Shown: positions 42,501 to 50,265 of the stretch, piece by piece
How the letters are laid out: each line of letters opens with the position of its first letter
Numbering within the stretch: position 1 is the first letter of the stretch
Source: a virus
Taxonomy: Duplodnaviria > Caudoviricetes
DNA: 64,000 nucleotides
IMG/VR virus record: IMGVR_UViG_3300033066_000802
Span: 64,001 to 128,000 of that record
Direction: 5' to 3' (one strand)
The notes under the pieces: generated by a model
Database searches by the model: none
Seen by the model: the letters and a program-made list of their open reading frames with translations, nothing else
What the model was told of the DNA's origin: nothing
Made by a program: the position numbers and the translations under genes

Positions 42501-43421
42501 AGTACCTAATAATGTGTTTGTAAAATAAGCCACCCTACCTATAGGGTTATTAGGTACAGTTATATCATAATTTTTAGATATTAAATTATCTTTAGGATTT
42601 TTTAATATATTAATAGCTTGTAATGGGTTACCTAAAGCATCATCCATATTGTTAAATGGCGATTCTTTAGCTAATTCACGTTGAATTCTTGCATCAAAAG
42701 CTGCATTTAATTCCAATGCAGCGATATTCATTAATAAGGTTTCATTTTGTAAAACCTTACCTGAATAATTTATATATGTTAAAGGATCTGTTGCATAGTT
42801 TATACCACTCCTTTTATTAATATTAATATTTAATATATCTGATGGTGAATAATCATTTATAACGTATTGTGAATTTAATGAACCACCTTCGTTAACATAT
42901 GGTAATTCACGCTTTGCAGGATATGAACTACTAACATTATATTTGTCAAGTGATTCAGGTACAAACTTATTTAAAGATGTATTCAATTTAACCGATTTAT
43001 CAGATGTTAAATTAAATTGAGAGGAAACCGATTTTAAAGTAGGTATTGAGTAGTCACTTAATTGTGTTAGTTTACCAATACTATCAGATAATGCAAAATA
43101 TGTGTAACCAAGATTATCTGTATTAGCATCTAACTCAGAAAAATCAGTTAAAGTTAATGGTCTATTTTTAGCCAAAATTTTAGCTCTAAGTTTATTAGCC
43201 TCACTATCTATTGTCCCAGGGTTTTTAACCCTCTGATTACCTATTACAGCATCTTTACCGAGTGCATATTCATATGCTTGTAACATACCTGAACCTTCGG
43301 TATCAAGTAAACCCGCAATAATATCTGGCGGTGTCTTCAAGTTTAACTTTAAAACATCGTCCCTAAATTTTTTAGATAATGATTTTAAACCATTAGCACT
43401 TTCTGGCTTCTGTACATTCAT
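36573..43421 (-). CDS. Giant (2282 aa) tube-initiator/baseplate protein (gp48/gp54-like segments) with internal OmpA-like region
   Basis: WFPPYDLKFTD...FLGRPEPIYTYNNTERSGSLSFKII and GKPPVCVLRIGDFYNTKIII...QPMIANVNISF are tube-initiator-type motifs; located between tape measure and LysM genes. Confidence 0.65.
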   Translation of the reverse strand: MNVQKPESANGLKSLSKKFRDDVLKLNLKTPPDIIAGLLDTEGSGMLQAYEYALGKDAVIGNQRVKNPGTIDSEANKLRAKILAKNRPLTLTDFSELDANTDNLGYTYFALSDSIGKLTQLSDYSIPTLKSVSSQFNLTSDKSVKLNTSLNKFVPESLDKYNVSSSYPAKRELPYVNEGGSLNSQYVINDYSPSDILNININKRSGINYATDPLTYINYSGKVLQNETLLMNIAALELNAAFDARIQRELAKESPFNNMDDALGNPLQAINILKNPKDNLISKNYDITVPNNPIGRVAYFTNTLLGTTDVFNYLNLENQSPYSPSCFNTSVQPTSPTNRSAVGRLLDDILGKSSQGADNARDITTLNNTGAGQKFQLFSNLYFNRYAPSYDPTYESGIFQAIDKTLQAIGGVTGFLGITGGKRPKSRYYFGDASKQYPFFALQDSEGDQVKGVEEIGNIMKTDYTDEIPGGFIEPGYDEVSGYGSISTDFVWHKDGYLETFYDPATVKLNSDGRIDDFNTLTKIDESYPNFDESYPNFAGNLLNAAGSNNYIDRFRECSILFKTQRLLEKVGDDTGINLVIDQTKTKFYDGYTLYPRGNGTLSVVKTLNADKTKNVYAVPGLRNGKRHPTELNDKAEFCRTWTKTRPFMNVTNLIRFSELNRLERGSVIDKYANFNIFPSSLNVKSTPQSGINVKSTPQGAINDGNATKFMFSLENLAWRDAKQYDSLRAFEKGPNKGRIMWFPPYDLKFTDDTSVNWTTHQFLGRPEPIYTYNNTERSGSLSFKIIVDHPTILNILVQKELDGMPDSVVDEILNSFWAGCVNFDIYELARIWARFSTDDITYFESVIAGIQTNQGNDRIKNKLDQCDAKEPTVKPNNDNTNNVNSAPYMRALFFENDTPLESDDSNVGSYGSVYFDTFSKLALGTLSSDETTEAKKGRSYAQYVTYDKVIGVNGSDIYFSPNNSNSTDYYKLYQNFKELSTTLNDLKTKNGNNITINIDAFTSSLNDQVSDYNKKVAIRRYKSVAKWILTEVFTGLVDDKNQTVDQSSINTMLNTGSKITLYRPSSNSDKPDSITVKLNKTKTVTPSEAMLAIGNGGGIKHSKVNNVSFTTIIRGVSPAVDYKVFYCTDTQANKEKLISEISAGTIATTDGIITGVTSDSIGCLAPATQVYSEADVICAVTSIQASYARRAEVTVISETNVVTDNKTKTKTNTSIPLVTSEDQTTKKQNITKREIAQKLLNRLITEADYFKYMEENTPIIHKSLKEKLKYFLPAFHSMTPEGLNSRLTFLQQCLRPGDTITNGAETDATNTVFGKPPVCVLRIGDFYNTKIIINSCNISYDPMLYDLNPEGIGVQPMIANVNISFKYLGGSGLKKHVNELQNALSFNYYANADIYDERTSANLSGVERQSINEERDPDPSNNDTLDLIPIARKAREYKINDKTSTEPVGLVGDVITKTYTESFLGDSNYSLATELGVFYDSGTVYQPFAYSYDGDIIGLYGINYYQRLYDDKVNNNATANVAGKSLTDTKAWKLIDNKNFGQEAFISEYSSKGYLQTFDVNYKGLFTKVYDSYLKNISDYIDTLAHTSKPKFLLNTLLCANYTGLTITDDLVFMRNIKNNLGVDNAVTSRIYDYYRAKAVNKNYTNGLKFAPGDTAMVGSQLHLYPQSLYYKKPLFSVSPNSTSMLTGMTYNPGYLTDGVFIGSDVAGLYTKKPVDGGYLTGLYNHFIYDLNKKIDSDLLVFWYNDTKVLDAYMSGYDETQKDILRSYLLNQLKTYSSQSYTETITSMVYDQVNNLKELNTNLAGLTYALSGYDGVVDNDRISQQYTVIPNETKLTIDSEKLFGYDPFDSYLKIYDTNTKNYNDIVKLKVIHDIFTGGTLDDKLALGNSPYYFRQVGSTNNIAGSSVILNNTSYLTNDSYCVLPNNTSLLNGTTLTGDVNNFQLKSHGSATTIEFDPTTIVGTTQFNLLIPTLANKEGGSTLQNKYKMTYVYEKVSHEFLEFTNKSLGVVANDNIDNYTISWVERDDLNFKTKVKSKLSTYTSDEQELLYKIMFPKNSSGVYEFNYFTVTGTTTDTNYSDATLFLMDGVDYSVSFTDKFIDNIWTTYNCSTPSPDTSVQAKLNTLKGTKVAMSSLSEAVMLEFFEKLYANKDVHIKAIMDQMSKTITGNSREISRKTSVIQTTLTNFFEQINKYVTKINTLYDDLIKIHKTNVYSPLTDYLNTSFNTVANQNVPVAGTVKLSSASLLKGGDSEYTLKMRVAKNIEQTNNNILIYNKYRVVN
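41326..41377. repeat. In-frame 30-bp-period duplication (NVKSTPQ x2)
   Basis: tgtggtgttgacttaacattta at 41326-41347 and 41356-41377. Confidence 0.85.
41807..41848. repeat. Perfect in-frame 21-bp tandem duplication (DESYPNF x2)
   Basis: caaaatttggatatgattcat repeated at 41807 and 41828. Confidence 0.9.
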
Positions 43422-43432
43422 TGTTATATATT

Positions 43433-45856
43433 TTATTTACTTATAGGTGTTACAGGCATTTTGTTATTATTATGTTGTGCTGAACCATGATCTAAACCAT
43501 GTTTTAGACTATCCATATAAGTTGCTAATGTATATCTACCTATTTTTTCCAAATCATTTATTGTTATTTCCTTACCGTCTTCCGATCTTACAGTTATGGT
43601 TCCACTATGTTTCATTTCAGCGGCACCACCAGTGGAATTACCACCACCATTCATTGACGCTTTATCAAATAGTACCCCAATATCACCCTTTCCACCCTTC
43701 AATACCCTACCACTCGGTGTAACCAGAGCATCATTTACTAATTCATGTGTTGCACCGTATTTGGTCTTGAAACCATCTTTAAGTTCCTTAGCTACACTCT
43801 CATCACTCGACAAGAATGATGAGGTATTATTAGCTAAATCATTTAATCTTTTATTAAAACCCTCTTTACCACCACCCATATTAGCTATGTTTTTATTTTC
43901 TAACATAGCCTCTAATTGATTATTCACACCTAAATTCTTAAGTTTATCACCACCTAACCAACCAGGTAATATATCACCGATTGATTGAAACAATTTACCA
44001 AAACCATACTTTAAATACGGACCTATTAACCCCCATAGTTCAGTGGCTAACGTAACAAATCCATTTTTAATTTTATCCCAAAAAGAACCATTACCTTTCA
44101 TAACATCAATTAATTTGGTTATAATACTTGTTGTACCTTTAAAAATATCATCAAGTGTTTTAGCTAAACCACCATTTGGATCAAATAAACCCTTTAATCC
44201 AGGTATAATCAATTTCACCATCGAATCCATAAATTCATCAAGTTGATCCATAAAACCACTACTCTCCAACTGATCAAAAATCTGTGCAAATACCTGTGTA
44301 AAACTATTTGTAAACCTATTGAATAGGTTAGATATTTTATCCATAAAACTCATTCTATCATTAGCTGATTTTTCATCCTTCTTCTTTTGTTCAATTATTT
44401 CCCTGAATTGGTTCGTATCTGTTAAATTCTCAAGTAATGTATCAGCACCCTTCGAATTCTTTATTACATATCCTTTCTGTTTATCATCAAACCTTATTAA
44501 ATTCGATAAAGCCATTTTATCCTGATCACTAAACATTCCACCAACACCCATCTTAGTTAAAGCATTCATCTTATCCGCTAACTTAGCTTGTTCGATTGCA
44601 CCATTTTTCATCTGTTCAAAATCAACACCCAGTCCAGTAGCCGCTTCTTTCAAGATCCTCATTTGTGCTGGTGGTATGTAGAAGATACCATCACTATTTT
44701 TTTGAGCTAAACCTTTCGTTGCATCCATAAGATCCTTCGCAAATTCTTCTGGTGTGTTTTGAGCCTTATACATTAACTCAAAAGCATCACCAAATTTCTC
44801 AGCAAATTGACCACCAAGTACCTGCATTTTAGCCGCAGCTTCAACAGCACCCTCTGGTTCAAAGAATGAATCAGACATTTTTTGTGATATCTGTGTAATA
44901 TCCATTCTCAATTGAGTCGCCTGTGTTGCTAATTTAACCATATTATCCAAACCGCTCTTCATCTGGAAACCAGTTAAACCCACAACCAGCTGTTGATACT
45001 GTGATAGTATTTTACCAACATTTAAACCAAGCTTTGCTCCCAAATCCCTGGCTGTGTTAGTCGATTTTGTAACTTCATCAATACTGATACCCAGATTATC
45101 AAATTCAGCGGCTAATTTAGTGGCACCATCTATACCAAGATTTGTACCCAAACCCAATTTAGTTAAATTTTCAACATCTTCCGAATTAATCAGTCTATTT
45201 TTACCAGTAACCTCAGTAAAACCACCAATCATTTTAACAACATCTTCCATTGAACCACCAAACCTCATAGCGGTATCAGTCATTTCAGTGAAATTGATTA
45301 ATAATTGCTTTGAATCTACTTTTGCTAAACCAATATCAGCAGCTAAACCGCCAACAGCTTTTTGCATAGCCATGTAGTTATTGAATGCCGTTGTAAGGAT
45401 ACCTTTAGCAAAAGAATACATAGAACCCAATACACTATTGATAACACCGAAAGCACCACCAATAATACCTGTAATACCCTCAAGTATCGTTTGCATCCAC
45501 TGTGGTAACATACTTTTAAGTGAATGACCAATATTACCAATACCTGCAATCAATTTACTTGGCATTTTAAGTAATAATTTATCAATACCGTCAGCTATTT
45601 GTCTAACCCCACCACCAATTGTTTTTGGTATGTTGAGCATAACCTTATTAACAATTTTATCAGCATCTCTCGATACCTGTTGTGTTAATGTACCTGTACT
45701 TGAAAAATTAGCCGATGAAAAGTTACCACTTTGCCTATACCTACGTGCATAGTCAGTTGTACTGGAATGCCCACCATATTGACCAATTCTATGAATTTCT
45801 TTCAATTCTTTCAATTGGCGCTCCAATAAATTAGCTATGTCATTTAAATCAGCCAT
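43433..45856 (-). CDS. Tail tape measure protein
   Basis: 807-aa helical A/G/M-rich protein with aromatic periodicity, directly downstream of the chaperone pair and upstream of baseplate genes. Confidence 0.8.
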   Translation of the reverse strand: MADLNDIANLLERQLKELKEIHRIGQYGGHSSTTDYARRYRQSGNFSSANFSSTGTLTQQVSRDADKIVNKVMLNIPKTIGGGVRQIADGIDKLLLKMPSKLIAGIGNIGHSLKSMLPQWMQTILEGITGIIGGAFGVINSVLGSMYSFAKGILTTAFNNYMAMQKAVGGLAADIGLAKVDSKQLLINFTEMTDTAMRFGGSMEDVVKMIGGFTEVTGKNRLINSEDVENLTKLGLGTNLGIDGATKLAAEFDNLGISIDEVTKSTNTARDLGAKLGLNVGKILSQYQQLVVGLTGFQMKSGLDNMVKLATQATQLRMDITQISQKMSDSFFEPEGAVEAAAKMQVLGGQFAEKFGDAFELMYKAQNTPEEFAKDLMDATKGLAQKNSDGIFYIPPAQMRILKEAATGLGVDFEQMKNGAIEQAKLADKMNALTKMGVGGMFSDQDKMALSNLIRFDDKQKGYVIKNSKGADTLLENLTDTNQFREIIEQKKKDEKSANDRMSFMDKISNLFNRFTNSFTQVFAQIFDQLESSGFMDQLDEFMDSMVKLIIPGLKGLFDPNGGLAKTLDDIFKGTTSIITKLIDVMKGNGSFWDKIKNGFVTLATELWGLIGPYLKYGFGKLFQSIGDILPGWLGGDKLKNLGVNNQLEAMLENKNIANMGGGKEGFNKRLNDLANNTSSFLSSDESVAKELKDGFKTKYGATHELVNDALVTPSGRVLKGGKGDIGVLFDKASMNGGGNSTGGAAEMKHSGTITVRSEDGKEITINDLEKIGRYTLATYMDSLKHGLDHGSAQHNNNKMPVTPISK

Positions 45857-45887
45857 TAATCTATGTTTAGTATAAATAGTTTATAAT

Positions 45888-45918
45888 AAAAAAAACCAAT
45901 TATTATTAGTAATTGGTT
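45888..45918 (-). terminator. Terminator after the tail chaperone extension ORF
   Basis: aaccaatta...taattggtt 9-bp stem followed by a long U run on the minus strand. Confidence 0.6.
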
Positions 45919-46168
45919 AGTTAGTATTTCCAGATGCAGCAGCATCGGCTCTCTTTTTTCTTTCCTCAGCTTCGTCCATAAGATGATCCAGCATTATTTT
46001 TCGCTCATATACTGGCATTATCAATAAGTCTGAATATGCGAAACGTCCATGTCTTATCAAGACATACATCTCATATATTAAATCATACTTATATGTCGAA
46101 GTAGGGCCAAAGAAACTTGGTTGTGATGGGAAGTTCACCAAAAAAAAACTCACCAGACGGTGCCTCAA
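45917..46168 (-). CDS. Frameshift extension of the tail assembly chaperone (lambda T / T4-like gp51-type segment)
   Basis: +1 frame relative to 46089..46847, overlapping its end; LIRHGRFAYSDLLIMPVYERKIML resembles the MPxxER motif of chaperone extensions; no ATG start in the overlap. Confidence 0.7.
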   Translation of the reverse strand: MRHRLVSFFLVNFPSQPSFFGPTSTYKYDLIYEMYVLIRHGRFAYSDLLIMPVYERKIMLDHLMDEAEERKKRADAAASGNTN

Positions 46169-46847
46169 TATTGATAGTAGTATCTAAACCAGGCTCATGT
46201 TCGTTGATGTATTTCCTAAGTGAAGATGAGTCATAAGGCGACATATTATTTACAAATTCTATAATTGCCGATTTATCTCTAATACCGTCAATTTCCATTA
46301 TTTGTGATTGTAATCGTTTAGTTAAAACCTCAGATACGGCATTTACCCCTATCTTTTTTCTCTTACTCTCATCATCCTTAACGATTTGATCGTCTTCGGA
46401 AGCGGTAAGATACCTGTATTTCACATTTTTCTTAGCTCTTGGTAACAAGAATTCAATTTCACCGTTTTGGTCTGGTTGAACTGTAATCACTTTAGCTTGG
46501 AATGTACTAATATCAATATCAGCTTCGAATTTCTGCCTTGTTTTAGGGTCTTCTAATTCAACGTTGTATATCTCACCATACCCAGTAGCCCTTAACCAGA
46601 AAAGAATGGCATTCCTGTCGCAAGCAAGCATATCCTTTGGTCTTAGATCCTTATCCATAACCTTCCTATCCAGTAACATCTCCAAAACCTTACCCGATTG
46701 AATCAAATTCGGTGACGTTAATAGGTTTTCATCGGTTGCCGTAAGATACGAAACCTTCACTCTATCTTTCTTATTCTTATAAAATAAGCCACCTGATGGT
46801 AATTCAATTACATCATGTTGTGGTTCAAGCATTTGCATTTCATTCAT
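46089..46847 (-). CDS. Tail assembly chaperone / baseplate hub assembly protein (T4 gp26-like)
   Basis: IELPSGGLFY...LTATDENLL...DRNAILFWLRATGYG...; internally duplicated fold; ends KFLWP; upstream of tape measure. Confidence 0.8.
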   Translation of the reverse strand: MNEMQMLEPQHDVIELPSGGLFYKNKKDRVKVSYLTATDENLLTSPNLIQSGKVLEMLLDRKVMDKDLRPKDMLACDRNAILFWLRATGYGEIYNVELEDPKTRQKFEADIDISTFQAKVITVQPDQNGEIEFLLPRAKKNVKYRYLTASEDDQIVKDDESKRKKIGVNAVSEVLTKRLQSQIMEIDGIRDKSAIIEFVNNMSPYDSSSLRKYINEHEPGLDTTINIEAPSGEFFFGELPITTKFLWPYFDI

Positions 46848-46848
46848 A

Positions 46849-47190
46849 TTATATTGTTTTTGTTATCTTTAATATATAGTCGTTATTTTGGTTTTTCAAC
46901 AAATTTATATTCTTTTCAATAGTACCACATCTTTCTTCAAAAGTCAATACATCATTAATATTTAAATTAAACCATTCACCCATTACTGATTTTGAACTAA
47001 ATTCACGATGTAATGTTTTCTCAATAATTGAAGCGTAATTTGTATTATATGTTTTTAATACAATTAATTGTTCAGAGCTACCTGTTTGGAGGTTTCTAAC
47101 TCTATTATTTAAATTCTTACTTGATGTAATACCAATTTTGTAATAATCAGTATTATTTGCATGTATTAGATAAATGACGTTCTTTCCCAT
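46849..47190 (-). CDS. GIY-YIG-superfamily protein (T5orf172/MUG113-like)
   Basis: IYLI...YKIGIT...RVRNLQTG...IEKTLH...GEWF. Confidence 0.8.
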   Translation of the reverse strand: MGKNVIYLIHANNTDYYKIGITSSKNLNNRVRNLQTGSSEQLIVLKTYNTNYASIIEKTLHREFSSKSVMGEWFNLNINDVLTFEERCGTIEKNINLLKNQNNDYILKITKTI

Positions 47191-47233
47191 GTATTTATTA
47201 ATATAAGAATAAATAAGTCAAAATAAAGTTTAT

Positions 47234-47662
47234 ATGATCAAAACCCCGAAAAAAAAGACAAAACCAAAATCAACCAAATCTACAGGTAAGATTGGTAAAT
47301 TATTTAAAAAGATGAAAGGTACCTCAAATCTTGAATATAATTTTGCAAAATTATTGGATAAATTAAAAATTTCATATATACAACACTATACATTCAAAAA
47401 AAGAGAATTTGATTTCTTATTAGTTGATTATAATGTCCTGGTTGAAACACATGGTTGTTTCTTCCACTGTTGTAAAGAAGATAAGATTGAACCGAAGTAT
47501 CCATTCCAAAGAAATAACATAAAGAATGATACTCATAAGGCTAAATTAGTTAAATTTGATCCAACCTATAAGTTATTAGTTGTCTGGGAACATGAAATGA
47601 AAAATTCAAAACTATTGAAGGAAAGAATAAATTCATTTTTAGATAATTTACTTACCGATTAA
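47234..47662 (+). CDS. Vsr/DUF559-like PD-(D/E)XK endonuclease (possibly head-completion nuclease analogue)
   Basis: SNLEYNF...FDF...VETHGCFFH...DTHK...LLVVWE; basic N-terminus. Confidence 0.75.
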   Translation: MIKTPKKKTKPKSTKSTGKIGKLFKKMKGTSNLEYNFAKLLDKLKISYIQHYTFKKREFDFLLVDYNVLVETHGCFFHCCKEDKIEPKYPFQRNNIKNDTHKAKLVKFDPTYKLLVVWEHEMKNSKLLKERINSFLDNLLTD

Positions 47663-47676
47663 CACTATTTATTAAT

Positions 47677-48195
47677 ATGAATATTGAAACATATTATAAA
47701 TTAATTGGGTTATCTGAAGTATATTCTAAAAATTATTGTGATAATAATTTAGAATTAATAGCTTGTGGTTCTGGTCGTTGTGTTTATACCATAAATAAAG
47801 ATAAAGTAATTAAAATAGCCATTAATAAATTTGGTGTTTTTCAAAATTTTGTCGAGGGTATGATTTACGATAGAAATCGTGAAAGTGAAACATTAAATAG
47901 AGTACATAAATATGACACTGAAAATGGTAATTACATAATAATGGATAAAGCTAATAATATTACAAATAGATTATTTAATGATTTAACTAAAATATCATTC
48001 ACAAATTACAAATATATTTTAAAAGGCAATAAAAAAATTAATAATACCATAATTAACGATCTTGTTAATACAATATATAATGAAGAATTAGATATTAGCG
48101 ATATGACAAAATTAAATTCTTATGGTATAGTTAATGATAAAATCAAAATCATTGATTACGGTTTCACTGAAAAAGCAAAAGAAATATTTAAATAA
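47677..48195 (+). CDS. Minimal protein-kinase-like (ePK/APH fold) protein
   Basis: Gly loop GSGRCVY, VIKIA (catalytic Lys), QNFVE (helix C Glu), DMTKLN (catalytic loop), IIDYG (DFG equivalent). Confidence 0.75.
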   Translation: MNIETYYKLIGLSEVYSKNYCDNNLELIACGSGRCVYTINKDKVIKIAINKFGVFQNFVEGMIYDRNRESETLNRVHKYDTENGNYIIMDKANNITNRLFNDLTKISFTNYKYILKGNKKINNTIINDLVNTIYNEELDISDMTKLNSYGIVNDKIKIIDYGFTEKAKEIFK

Positions 48196-48202
48196 TTATT
48201 AT

Positions 48203-48493
48203 TTATGATGTTTCAAACTCGAATATTAAATCATATTCCGATATTTCATTATTAACTTCATGTGAATATATATTAAAATTTAATATTCCACTATTAATAA
48301 AATCATTTATAGTAAAATTATATGATAATTGTTGTTTAATAGCATTATCTAAACGTTCCTCAACAATATCAATTTCATTATCATCAAAACTTTCATCCAA
48401 AATTTTATTATATTCGTTTCTAAGATTCATTATATCTTGATTGATTTCAATTATCTTTTCTATTTTACCAAGCCTTAATTTCATTTTGTACAT
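48203..48493 (-). CDS. Hypothetical protein
   Basis: 96-aa ORF; TACTTTTG (TAnnTTTG) upstream at 48511-48518. Confidence 0.5.
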   Translation of the reverse strand: MYKMKLRLGKIEKIIEINQDIMNLRNEYNKILDESFDDNEIDIVEERLDNAIKQQLSYNFTINDFINSGILNFNIYSHEVNNEISEYDLIFEFETS

Positions 48494-48530
48494 ATAAATT
48501 TATTTTACAACAAAAGTAATAAAACTTATC

Positions 48531-49421
48531 CTAAATACCTAATTTTTCTTTTAGATCAGATATAACCCATTCAGTATTATTTTTTATATCATTCTCCCAA
48601 TACCTTATTAATTGAATATTATTATCGACACATAGTTTATTTTTAAAATTATCGTTTTTAAGTGTGATTTCTTGAACTTTATATTTCGTATCTTTATATT
48701 TAGTATTTGGATTACAGTGGTAGAAATCCCCATCAACTTCAATTAATATTTTATATTCTAACAGGTAATAATCAAATAATCGTTTTTTAAATTCAAATTG
48801 TGATTCAAATAAAATATTTAAATTATTCAATATATTATCAAAAATTATTTCTAATTTTGATTTTTTTGATGATTGTTTACTTTTTAACCATTTAATTCTT
48901 TTTTCCGATTGTTTATTTCTTTTTTCGATATTTGAAATCCATGAATTAATTTGCCAATCTCTATTTTTTTGTTTTTGTTCGTCAGTTCTTTTAATATTTT
49001 TAGATAATAAACTTTTAGATATATTATTTCCTCTTTCCAAATTACTTCTTGTTTTTTCAGAATAAATTTTAACTCTTTCATCAGTATCTTCAGTAAGTCC
49101 CTTATTCCATATAGCCAATAAACCACTTTGATACATTTCCGTCTGTTTTTGATGCGATTTTTCAAGAGATGTTGGATTGTGACCCCAATTATTTTTTATC
49201 CTGGAAATATGCCCTTGCTTGTATTCTCTATAACCAAGAACATCACCTAAATATTTAGTAGTTTCACCACAACCGCACTTACAAGTTGGTTTATCCGACT
49301 TTAATTTATATTTTAAATAAATTTCCTCAGATGATATCTGGTGTTTACGACTCATATGTTTTCTAAAAGAATTATAATTATTAAATTGTTTTTCACAAAT
49401 ATTACAATAAAAAAGTTCCAT
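48531..49421 (-). CDS. Free-standing Vsr/DUF559-type homing endonuclease with C2H2 finger, CxCGCG and NUMOD-like segments
   Basis: CNICEKQF...HMSRKH; CKCGCG; WNKGLT; SKLE...FDY...IEVDGDFYH...LIRYWE. Confidence 0.85.
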   Translation of the reverse strand: MELFYCNICEKQFNNYNSFRKHMSRKHQISSEEIYLKYKLKSDKPTCKCGCGETTKYLGDVLGYREYKQGHISRIKNNWGHNPTSLEKSHQKQTEMYQSGLLAIWNKGLTEDTDERVKIYSEKTRSNLERGNNISKSLLSKNIKRTDEQKQKNRDWQINSWISNIEKRNKQSEKRIKWLKSKQSSKKSKLEIIFDNILNNLNILFESQFEFKKRLFDYYLLEYKILIEVDGDFYHCNPNTKYKDTKYKVQEITLKNDNFKNKLCVDNNIQLIRYWENDIKNNTEWVISDLKEKLGI

Positions 49422-49516
49422 ACATTTATATTTTATTATAAATATATAGAACTTAATGGTAAAGTCAATGTATGATAAAGGTATTTTAGTATTTCTATAT
49501 TAGAATATAATATTTG

Positions 49517-50005
49517 TCAGTAAACTAATATAGCTCTATCGTAACGGATAGTGATATCAATATCAGCTAAATCACCAACTGAATAATCTAATGTACCAAA
49601 ATCACTTGAAGTTATAAATGAACCTTGAAGTATCCATTTTTCAACAACAACACCTGTTGGGTCTAACATCTCAATCTCAATATCCTTTTTATAACCAGCC
49701 GCATAACCCATTCTACCTGTAACAGACTCAGCACAAAGACGAATCCATTCCATAATAGCTTGTGATGCTGAAGGACCTATTGGATCTCTAAGTTTAAGAG
49801 AAATTGTTTCCCATTTAAACCTACCTGCAACAAAAGTTGAAGTGTTCAAAAATGGTATTTCAACCTCATCTACCGTTACCTTTGGTCTTGCAGCTGTTTG
49901 CACAAACCATTCGTTAATACCTAATGCACTTGGAAACCTAAATATAAACCTATTTTTCTTTTTTGGTTCATATGGTACGGGCATTTTCATCAATAAATTA
50001 GCCAT
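49517..50005 (-). CDS. Tail tube protein (T4 gp19-like)
   Basis: YEPKKKNRF...ARPK...AGRFKWETI...YKKDIEIEMLDPTGVVVEKWILQG...LDYS; downstream of sheath. Confidence 0.93.
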   Translation of the reverse strand: MANLLMKMPVPYEPKKKNRFIFRFPSALGINEWFVQTAARPKVTVDEVEIPFLNTSTFVAGRFKWETISLKLRDPIGPSASQAIMEWIRLCAESVTGRMGYAAGYKKDIEIEMLDPTGVVVEKWILQGSFITSSDFGTLDYSVGDLADIDITIRYDRAILVY

Positions 50006-50109
50006 GTTATATTCTTTAAATTAAATTTTTATTCTTATACAAATAAATAGTTGAAAATCTGAAACATTCAATTAGTTAAAAAAATATGTGTAATTTTTTT
50101 CATTAAAAC

Positions 50110-50140
50110 TTGACTTAATGAATTTGTTTTTATATTTTTG
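50110..50140 (+). promoter_or_regulatory. Bacteroidota-type promoter antisense to the tail operon, firing into the repeat array
   Basis: TTG(50110)-N20-TATTTTTG(50133-50140), matching TAnnTTTG; begins TTGACTT like the other host-type promoters. Confidence 0.55.
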
Positions 50141-50150
50141 TATATATAGT

Positions 50151-50258
50151 ATATAATATTAGGTCCTAAAGTTAATATATTATATATAATATAGGTCCTA
50201 AATAATATATATTATATATAATAAGGTCCTAATAATATATATATTAGGAACCTTATTA
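50151..50258. repeat. AT-rich array: three direct AGGTCCTAA repeats (31-32 bp period) plus one inverted copy
   Basis: AGGTCCTAA at 50161, 50193, 50224; ttaggaacct at 50244-50253; spacers nearly pure (AT)n. Confidence 0.85.
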
Positions 50259-50265
50259 CAATTTT

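Noticed and set aside
1383-45549. Numerous 60-120 aa ORFs antisense or out of frame within long structural and replication genes
   Set aside because: No motifs, mostly non-ATG starts, fully nested in well-supported genes; expected shadow ORFs.
50151-50258. Possible mini CRISPR array
   Set aside because: Repeat core is only ~9 bp, spacers are near-identical AT runs rather than unique sequences, and no cas genes are present.
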